25,945 nucleotides of DNA from Citrobacter sp. NCU1 (GTDB taxonomy: Bacteria > Pseudomonadota > Gammaproteobacteria > Enterobacterales > Enterobacteriaceae). Made by a program: the position numbers and the translations under genes. The stretch covers positions 1 through 25,945 of the forward strand of contig NZ_NRDO01000048.1 of the NCBI RefSeq assembly GCF_010231475.1. The letters run 5' to 3'. The notes beneath the pieces are model-generated. The model ran no database searches and was not told the origin of the DNA. It saw nothing but the letters and a program-made list of their open reading frames with translations. Shown one piece after another: positions 1-8,258 of this stretch; within the stretch, counting starts at the first letter, position 1; each line of letters begins with the position of its first letter.

Positions 1-70
1 AGCCACTGGAGCACCTCAAAAACACCATCATACACTAAATCAGTAAGTTGGCAGCATCACCCTTCCACTG

Positions 71-1228
71 GTGCAACGGTTGAATGTTCCGGTCTTAATT
101 CTGGCGCTACAACCTGAAAAAAGCGTTCCTTGCCACACAATAAATCAACACCCTGATCGTGCCGTACGTACAGGGCAGTGGCTGGCACACTGTCAGGCCT
201 GTAGCGCACCGGAGCTGGTTAATGTGTTCCAACGCGCAGCGATTCCTCACATGCTGGTACCAGGATACCTGGACGATGACGAGGCCTGGCAGGAGGTAAA
301 TGCATGGTTGGCGGCGATTCAGGTTATTCAGTCTCTGCAAACCACGAATATTGGCGTGCTCGGTCATTATTATAATGGCATGTATGATGTTTATTCTAAT
401 ATGACGAACCTGAGCGCAAAATTTGGTGTGCGTTTTACATTGCTGGAAGTTTGCGAGCTGGTGACCTCATTATCATCAATCAGCGAGGCCGAGAGAGAAC
501 AAAAACGCCAGCACGTTTTTCAGTCGCTGCAGGTGGATCCTTCCTGTGAAGAAGCAGAATTACAACGTGCGATAAATACCGCTATCGCACTGGATAATAT
601 GACCCAACGTTATCGACTGGGTGCAATGGCATATTATTACGAGGGGGCGCCCGGTTCGCCGCAAGAAAACATAATCACCTCCGTGATTCTGGGAAATACA
701 TTGCTCACTGAAAACGGCATCCCGGTTGCAGGTGAGTGTGAAATCAAAAATGTCATCGCCATGAAAATCCTCAGCTTATTGGGTGCTGGCGGTTCTTTTT
801 CTGAGCCTTATGGCATTGATTTTGAAAATCAAACGGTACAGTGGGGCCATGATGGACCCGCGCATCCGTTAATGTCTGCGCAAAAAGTCCGGCTGGTGCC
901 ACTGCCGATTTATCACGGTAAACCCGGCAAAGGGGTCTCAATACAGATGACCGTCGCGCCAGGCCCGGTGACCTTTTTATCCGTTGTAGAACATCAGGAT
1001 GGTCGCGTCACCCTGCAATTCGCAGAAGGTGAAGCCGTTGAAGGTGAAACGCTTGATATCGGCAATACCAATAGCCATTACCGATTCCCACTCAGTGCAA
1101 AAGAATTTACCCGCCGCTGGTGCGAGGGGGGACCGGCACATCACTGCGCCATTGGTATCGGACATGTCGGTCACAAGCTGGAACTCATCGCAAATCAGCT
1201 TGGCATTCAGAGCCTACGGATTTGTTAA
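71..1228 (+). CDS. L-arabinose isomerase (AraA) family protein, C-terminal ~385 aa. The N-terminal portion upstream is interrupted by an in-frame TAA at 44-46, so this is a possible pseudogene or truncated gene; the window starts inside the gene.
   Basis: The translation aligns by eye to the E. coli AraA central and C-terminal regions (e.g. the [10 protein letters not shown]...FGVRF and GAPGS...[13 protein letters not shown]...HDGPAH blocks). The same frame stays AraA-like upstream of the stop (..TLNQ*..). There is a GTG at 71. The gene is convergent with pgi. Confidence 0.55.
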   Translation: MQRLNVPVLILALQPEKSVPCHTINQHPDRAVRTGQWLAHCQACSAPELVNVFQRAAIPHMLVPGYLDDDEAWQEVNAWLAAIQVIQSLQTTNIGVLGHYYNGMYDVYSNMTNLSAKFGVRFTLLEVCELVTSLSSISEAEREQKRQHVFQSLQVDPSCEEAELQRAINTAIALDNMTQRYRLGAMAYYYEGAPGSPQENIITSVILGNTLLTENGIPVAGECEIKNVIAMKILSLLGAGGSFSEPYGIDFENQTVQWGHDGPAHPLMSAQKVRLVPLPIYHGKPGKGVSIQMTVAPGPVTFLSVVEHQDGRVTLQFAEGEAVEGETLDIGNTNSHYRFPLSAKEFTRRWCEGGPAHHCAIGIGHVGHKLELIANQLGIQSLRIC

Positions 1229-1273
1229 AGGCTGACGATAGTCCTTTCAACCTTCATCATCGGCCTGAGTAAA

Positions 1274-1301
1274 CAAAAAGGCATCGCCCAGGGGCGATGC
1301 C
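1274..1301 (-). terminator. Rho-independent terminator of pgi. Perfect 9-bp stem GGCATCGCC/GGCGATGCC with a 4-nt loop, followed on the minus strand by a U-run (A-run 1274-1279 on the plus strand).
   Basis: The hairpin is read directly from the sequence, immediately downstream of the pgi stop (1310). Confidence 0.7.
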
Positions 1302-1309
1302 AGTCACTA

Positions 1310-3013
<1,704 letters not shown>

Positions 3014-3153
3014 TCACAGAAAAGTGTGATTGTTTTAGTGCCGTAACCCTGGCATGTGTCAAACGCGGATGAAAAGCAGCAAAAAGTATAGCTGTTATAA
3101 GCACCATTACTCAGAGCCTGGACAGCATGAAAAATCCGCATAATCCCGTCGTT

Positions 3154-3189
3154 GACAGTGCCCTCCACACATTTTATTTATAAATACGG
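3154..3189 (+). promoter_or_regulatory. Putative sigma70 promoter for lysC. TTGACA at 3154-3159, a ~17-bp spacer, then an AT-rich -10 (TATTTA/TATAAA).
   Basis: Read from the sequence; ~80 nt upstream of the lysC ATG. Confidence 0.35.
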
Positions 3190-3264
3190 TATTTGCGCCT
3201 GCACCGGTTTTTGTTTCGCCCTTGTGCCATGGTCGCTCTTTTCATTCCCTGACACGAGGTTGTA

Positions 3265-4614
3265 ATGACAAATATTGTTGTCTCCAAATTTGGTGGTACA
3301 AGCGTAGCCGATTTTGATGCCATGAACCGTAGCGCCGACGTGGTGCTTTCCGATACCAGCGTCCGTTTAGTGGTCCTTTCCGCCTCTGCCGGGATCACCA
3401 ACCTGCTGGTTGCACTGGCCGAAGGTCTGGAGCCGACAGAACGTTTCGAGAAACTCGACGCTATCCGTAAAATTCAGTTCGATATCCTGGAACGTTTACG
3501 TTATCCCAACGTGATCCGCGAAGAGATCGAACGCCTGCTGGAAAACATCACCACGCTGGCAGAAGCCGCCTCGCTGGCGACCTCAACAGCACTGACCGAC
3601 GAACTGGTCAGCCACGGTGAACTGATGTCCACCCTGCTGTTTGTGGAGATTCTGCGGGAGCGCAATGTCCAGGCACAGTGGTTTGACGTGCGTAAAGTGA
3701 TGCGCACCAACGACCGTTTTGGTCGCGCAGAACCGGATATCGCGGCGCTCTCCGAACTGTCAGCACAACAACTGGCTCCGCGTCTGAATGAAGGATTAGT
3801 GATTACCCAGGGCTTTATCGGTAGCGAAAGCAAGGGCCGCACCACCACGCTCGGCCGTGGCGGCAGCGATTACACCGCCGCACTGCTTGCAGAAGCGCTG
3901 CACGCGACGCGCGTTGATATCTGGACCGACGTTCCGGGCATTTACACCACCGATCCACGCGTCGTCCCTTCCGCACAACGCATTGATGAAATTGCCTTTG
4001 AAGAGGCGGCGGAAATGGCCACCTTCGGCGCGAAAGTGTTGCACCCGGCAACGCTGCTGCCCGCCGTGCGCAGTGATATTCCTGTCTTTGTCGGCTCGAG
4101 CAAAGATCCAAAAGCAGGCGGTACGCTGGTGTGCAACCAGACGCAAAATCCGCCATTGTTCCGCGCGCTGGCGCTGCGTCGTAAACAAACCCTGTTAACG
4201 CTGCATAGCCTGAATATGCTGCACTCCCGCGGCTTCCTCGCAGAAGTCTTCGGCATTCTGGCGCGCCACAATATCTCCGTCGATTTGATAACCACCTCTG
4301 AAGTGAGCGTAGCATTGACGCTGGACACCACCGGTTCCACCTCGACAGGCGATACGCTGCTGACCCAGTCACTGCTGATGGAGCTGTCCGCACTGTGTCG
4401 GGTAGAAGTCGAGGAAGGTCTTGCTCTGGTTGCGCTGATTGGCAACGATCTGTCAAAAGCCTGCGGTGTGGGTAAAGAGGTCTTCGGCGTACTGGAGCCG
4501 TTCAACATCCGTATGATTTGCTATGGCGCCTCCAGCCATAACCTCTGTTTCCTGGTGCCCGGTACCGAAGCAGAGCAAGTCGTGCAGAAGCTGCATTATA
4601 ATTTGTTTGAATGA
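3265..4614 (+). CDS. lysC: Lysine-sensitive aspartokinase III.
   Basis: The 449-aa product is near-identical to E. coli LysC (SKFGGTSVADFDAMNRSAD..., C-terminal ...CFLVPG.EAEQVVQKLH.NLFE). The RBS GAGG lies 7 nt upstream. Confidence 0.97.
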   Translation: MTNIVVSKFGGTSVADFDAMNRSADVVLSDTSVRLVVLSASAGITNLLVALAEGLEPTERFEKLDAIRKIQFDILERLRYPNVIREEIERLLENITTLAEAASLATSTALTDELVSHGELMSTLLFVEILRERNVQAQWFDVRKVMRTNDRFGRAEPDIAALSELSAQQLAPRLNEGLVITQGFIGSESKGRTTTLGRGGSDYTAALLAEALHATRVDIWTDVPGIYTTDPRVVPSAQRIDEIAFEEAAEMATFGAKVLHPATLLPAVRSDIPVFVGSSKDPKAGGTLVCNQTQNPPLFRALALRRKQTLLTLHSLNMLHSRGFLAEVFGILARHNISVDLITTSEVSVALTLDTTGSTSTGDTLLTQSLLMELSALCRVEVEEGLALVALIGNDLSKACGVGKEVFGVLEPFNIRMICYGASSHNLCFLVPGTEAEQVVQKLHYNLFE

Positions 4615-4625
4615 TCGCCAATACA

Positions 4626-4654
4626 ATGGCCCGGTCTGCATTGCCCCGGGCCAT
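4626..4654. terminator. Bidirectional hairpin terminator between convergent lysC and the NTase gene. 9-bp stem ATGGCCCGG/CCGGGCCAT with an 11-nt loop.
   Basis: A perfect inverted repeat seen in the 42-bp convergent intergenic region. Confidence 0.55.
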
Positions 4655-4656
4655 GT

Positions 4657-5451
4657 TCAGTTTCTCATCACCGTTTCATAAAGCAGCTGATCCAGTGCCT
4701 TCACATCGCCTTCCCGGCAATCCGGTAGCGTCGGCGGTATCTGGCCTCGCGCCAGTTCGGCGTGAATAAACGCATGCAGCAACGGACGCCGTAAACCATA
4801 TTCCACTTCTCCGGCACGCTGTTTACGCGCCAGCAGTTCCTCTATCTCCTGGCGTAATGGCGCATCCAGCTCACTGCCTGCCAACAGCTCGGCAAAACGC
4901 ATCGGAGGTACTCCTTTTCCCGCTTCAATCCAGCGAGCCGCCAGCAACGGGCGCAGAACGTAGAAGTACTTTTTCAACCGCACCTCTTCCCCCTGCAAAT
5001 AACCGCGAAAGTTTTTTTGCGCCATTGAGTAGTAGTGCCAGCGCGCGCGAATCGGTGAAAACCACTGTGGTATCATCGCCTTAAGCGCAATTACCGTTGC
5101 ATCATCCTGCTGATAGACCACGGGAGAGCCCAGCCACTCGATCAGCGTCGGGTTTGCCCCTTTCAGCAACCCCAGCGCTTTGCGCCACTCCCAGCCGCAC
5201 ACGTCCAGCTCATCGTCTATCGGCAGTTCGATCACGTCCCGCGCTGCTTCAACCCGCATATACCATTCCAGCGGATGGACATACAAAAAACGCACATCGT
5301 AATCGCTATCCGGCGAGGCAAAACCCCAGCCGCGACTTCCCGATTCACAGGCATACAGCACTCGAACGCCGTAGCGCGCCTCCACTTCTTTTAACTGCCG
5401 CGCGACCCGTTCGCGCATCGTGACACTCACTGAATTTTTCGTCATCTTCAT
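4657..5451 (-). CDS. Pol-beta-superfamily (minimal-type) nucleotidyltransferase, 264 aa. Last gene of the RtcR-controlled operon; it sits where rtcA lies in E. coli.
   Basis: It carries the hG[GS]-x10-DhD motif (CESGSRGWGFASPDSDYDV) in the N-terminal half. The C-terminal half is helical and contains RRPLLH (an R-x4-H, HEPN-like signature). Its ATG directly abuts the rtcB stop (TAAATG), and an AAAGGA RBS lies inside the rtcB 3' end. Confidence 0.8.
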   Translation of the reverse strand: MKMTKNSVSVTMRERVARQLKEVEARYGVRVLYACESGSRGWGFASPDSDYDVRFLYVHPLEWYMRVEAARDVIELPIDDELDVCGWEWRKALGLLKGANPTLIEWLGSPVVYQQDDATVIALKAMIPQWFSPIRARWHYYSMAQKNFRGYLQGEEVRLKKYFYVLRPLLAARWIEAGKGVPPMRFAELLAGSELDAPLRQEIEELLARKQRAGEVEYGLRRPLLHAFIHAELARGQIPPTLPDCREGDVKALDQLLYETVMRN

Positions 5452-6678
5452 TTATCCTTTGACGCACACGACCTGCCGCAGCGTATGAACGACCTCCACC
5501 AGCGAAGACTGCGCCGACATCACGGCGTCTATATCCTTGTAGGCCATCGGAATCTCATCGATCACCTCGCTGTCTTTACGACATTCAACATGAGCCGTCG
5601 CGCGAATCTGATCCGCCACGGTATAACGTTTTTTGGCCGCCGTTCGGCTCATCGTCCTTCCCGCCCCATGGCTACAGGAACAGAAGCTCTCTTCATTCCC
5701 CAGTCCACGCACGATGAAGCTTTTCGCCCCCATAGACCCCGGGATAATCCCCATTTGGCCTTTCTGCGCAGAGACGGCGCCTTTACGCGTCACCAGTACC
5801 TCTTCACCGAAGTGATGCTCTTTCTGCACATAGTTATGGTGGCAATTCACCGCTTCCTGCTGGGTGATAAAGGGTTTACTCACGATGCGCGACAGTACGG
5901 TCAGCACACGAGACATCATCACCTCCCGGTTCTGCCGGGCAAAATCCTGCGCCCATTCCACAGCTTCGATGTAGTCGTTGTAGTGTCGGCTCCCTTCCTG
6001 AAAATAGGCCAGGTTTCGGTCCGGGAGATTCGCGATATGCTGCTGCATATCCTGCTGCGCCAGCGTGATAAAGATATTACCGATGGCATTCCCCACGCCA
6101 CGCGATCCGCTGTGCAGCATTATCCAGACACGCTGTTGTTCATCCAGACACACCTCAATAAAGTGGTTACCGGTTCCCAGTGTTCCGAGATGTTGATGGT
6201 TATTGGTTTTCAGCAACGACGGATACTTGTCGGTCAGACGCGTAAAGCGCGGCACCAGATCCCCCCAGTGAGCACTCACCTCTTCTGGCGGCGTTTCCCA
6301 CGCGCCTTTATCCCGACGGGAGCGCGTATTAGTGCGCCCATGTGGGACGGCCTGCTCAATCGCGTTACGCAGCCCGCTAAGGTTATCCGGCAAATCGTCC
6401 GCCAGCAGAGAGGTGCGCACCGCAATCATCCCGCAACCGATATCCACACCCACAGCCGCCGGAATAATCGCCCCTTTGGTCGGGATCACACTACCGATGG
6501 TCGACCCCTTTCCCAGATGCACGTCCGGCATCACCGCCAGGTGTTTAAAAATGAAGGGCATCTTCGCCGTATTCAGCAGTTGCTGGCGCGCCTCGGGTTC
6601 TACCGGTACGCCGTGCGTCCACATTTTCACGGGCGCCGCATTCTGCGTCGCCAACAACTCATAGTCGTCATGCGCCAT
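5452..6678 (-). CDS. rtcB: RNA-splicing ligase RtcB (3'-phosphate/2',3'-cyclic phosphate to 5'-OH RNA ligase).
   Basis: The product is 408 aa, the same length as E. coli RtcB, and shares conserved blocks with it (MPDVHLGKGSTIGSVIPT, GTLGTGNHFIE, HNY, SCSHGAGR, MAYKDIDAVM, LRQVVCVKG). Confidence 0.95.
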   Translation of the reverse strand: MAHDDYELLATQNAAPVKMWTHGVPVEPEARQQLLNTAKMPFIFKHLAVMPDVHLGKGSTIGSVIPTKGAIIPAAVGVDIGCGMIAVRTSLLADDLPDNLSGLRNAIEQAVPHGRTNTRSRRDKGAWETPPEEVSAHWGDLVPRFTRLTDKYPSLLKTNNHQHLGTLGTGNHFIEVCLDEQQRVWIMLHSGSRGVGNAIGNIFITLAQQDMQQHIANLPDRNLAYFQEGSRHYNDYIEAVEWAQDFARQNREVMMSRVLTVLSRIVSKPFITQQEAVNCHHNYVQKEHHFGEEVLVTRKGAVSAQKGQMGIIPGSMGAKSFIVRGLGNEESFCSCSHGAGRTMSRTAAKKRYTVADQIRATAHVECRKDSEVIDEIPMAYKDIDAVMSAQSSLVEVVHTLRQVVCVKG

Positions 6679-6682
6679 ATTC

Positions 6683-7810
6683 TTATCCTTTAATATTCAC
6701 TAAGCCGTGGAGAACCTGGTCCAGTCCACCGAAAACCGAGATTTTATCGATACGTTCCGCCACTCTTTCAAGGGTTTCCATTTCCTTAAGCCGCAACGCG
6801 ATCGGGTTGTTTTCCATCACTTTGGCTGTGTTCAACAGTGAGCGTGTTGCCGCCGTCTCTTCTCGTCGGCGGACAACGTTCGCCTGAGCCGATTTCTCTG
6901 CTTCCACAACCTTCGCCAGGATGGTTTTCATCTCACCCGGCAGCACAATGTCCTTCACACCCAACGAGGCAATTTCAATACCAAAGGGCATCATGCGTTT
7001 TTTCACCTGCGCACTTACTACTTGATCAATCAACTGCTTATCCTCCAGCAATTCATCGAGAGTGCGTGTTCCCACGGCTTCACGTAGAGCGAATTGCAGC
7101 TCGCGGTAAAGGTGATCCAGCGGTTTCGCCAGTTGCCCAAAAGCCTGTAAAACATCCTGATAACGCCAGTTAGCCGCCAGATTCAAACGCAGATTCACTT
7201 TGTCTTTTGTCAGGATCTCCTGCCCCCCCACTTCCAACACCTGCAGTCGGGTATCGACCGCTTCGGCCTCCACAAGATGATTCACCTTCCAGTAAGCACT
7301 CAATCCTGGCGGCAGTAACGTCTGAGTTTCGCCATCGACTTTTAAAACGCCTACATGCCAGGCAGCAATAGACACGGTGAGAATAATATCGCGACCTTTT
7401 ACTACCCCACTGCGGCGGGGTTGCAACACGGCATTCATTACGTCTGCTGGAACCTGCACCTGCCGTGTATCCATACGCATCAGGTGCATGTTCTCAACCG
7501 ATTTCCAGTACAAACGACGTGTTGAGGGCGCAAGAATTTCTTGCAATACACCATTGATATACAGCGCACCCGCTTCAAAATCGGTTAAATCAGCGATGAT
7601 GCAATAGCGCTCAACCCATTCAGGCTGAAAACGGCGTAAATAGTCAGCCAACGCTTCCGGCACTTCACTGCCGTCCAGGTTAACGACCAGCACCTCAGGT
7701 GTATTGAACCACCACAGACGGCACTCACCCGCCTCCAGAACCTGATAGTAGTCACCATTCTTCGCTAACAGACCTAATTGCCCTTTTCGTATTGTAATTT
7801 TCTTCGTCAT
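6683..7810 (-). CDS. SPFH/band-7 (stomatin/prohibitin-like) domain protein with a ~145-aa N-terminal extra domain and no obvious N-terminal TM helix. First gene of the operon.
   Basis: The C-terminal half shows the classic SPFH core (LLPPGL..WKV..VDTRLQVLEV.GQEILTKDKV.L.LN...WRY, then the coiled-coil AEKSAQANVVRRREETAATR...). The ORF track extends to 7966. An internal ATG at 7808-7810 has a strong SD (AAGGAAAAGAGAA-ATG), whereas the ATG at 7966 has none. The stop lies 4 nt before the rtcB ATG. Confidence 0.8.
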   Translation of the reverse strand: MTKKITIRKGQLGLLAKNGDYYQVLEAGECRLWWFNTPEVLVVNLDGSEVPEALADYLRRFQPEWVERYCIIADLTDFEAGALYINGVLQEILAPSTRRLYWKSVENMHLMRMDTRQVQVPADVMNAVLQPRRSGVVKGRDIILTVSIAAWHVGVLKVDGETQTLLPPGLSAYWKVNHLVEAEAVDTRLQVLEVGGQEILTKDKVNLRLNLAANWRYQDVLQAFGQLAKPLDHLYRELQFALREAVGTRTLDELLEDKQLIDQVVSAQVKKRMMPFGIEIASLGVKDIVLPGEMKTILAKVVEAEKSAQANVVRRREETAATRSLLNTAKVMENNPIALRLKEMETLERVAERIDKISVFGGLDQVLHGLVNIKG

Positions 7811-8105
7811 TTCTCTTTTCCTTGTCAATTCAGGTGCGGGTGCAGAGGTGACGTCACAGGGAATTCCCTTTTGCCTACGACGCGGCATCATTACCGGCAA
7901 CCTGTTTTGGGGTGTGCTGACTGCGCAATACCCGTTTTTATTTCTATGATTAACAACCATTTTCATTGGAAAAATGAATCGGGAATCGAACCCATTGTTC
8001 AGGTGTCATTCGGTTGACGGAACACCTCAGGAAAACAACCGCTGCCGTTCCTGACGTGCCGGCGGGGTTTAACCCCCTGCGCTTTCAACGTGTTGACAAG
8101 AGAGT

Positions 8106-8124
8106 TATTGCCAGAAGCGTGCCA
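8106..8124 (-). promoter_or_regulatory. Predicted sigma54 (RpoN) promoter driving the SPFH-rtcB-NTase operon. Minus-strand reading: ccTGGCACGcttcTGGCAata.
   Basis: Perfect -24 element TGGCACG, a 4-nt spacer, and the -12 GC retained (TGGCA vs the TTGCA consensus). It is correctly oriented toward the operon and upstream of the AT-rich UAS-like region next to rtcR. RtcR is a known sigma54 enhancer-binding protein. Confidence 0.55.
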
Positions 8125-8129
8125 GGATG

Positions 8130-8258
8130 AAAAAAAGATGAAATTATTTTTAATTAATTGATTAATAAGGTATTAATTTTTACATTAATAATGATAATTG
8201 CAGATGCCGATTATATTTTTTATCTTTAAATATCGACATTTATCTTTTTGGATAAGCA
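8130..8258. promoter_or_regulatory. AT-rich divergent control region holding the rtcR promoter and likely the RtcR UAS/IHF sites. It contains ATTAAT motifs phased at ~10-11 bp.
   Basis: ATTAAT occurs at ~8153, 8162, 8173 and 8186. The region is extremely AT-rich compared with its flanks. Confidence 0.35.

Noticed and set aside
7811-7966. The N-terminal 52-aa extension of the SPFH ORF (the ATG at 7966).
   Set aside because: There is no Shine-Dalgarno before 7966, and the extension is Arg/Pro-rich with no domain-like character. A strong RBS precedes the internal ATG at 7810, which begins a sensible SPFH N-terminus.
7778-8017. A 79-aa plus-strand ORF in the rtcR/operon intergenic region.
   Set aside because: It is on the wrong strand relative to the sigma54 promoter, has no RBS, is Cys-rich low-complexity, and overlaps the start of the SPFH gene.
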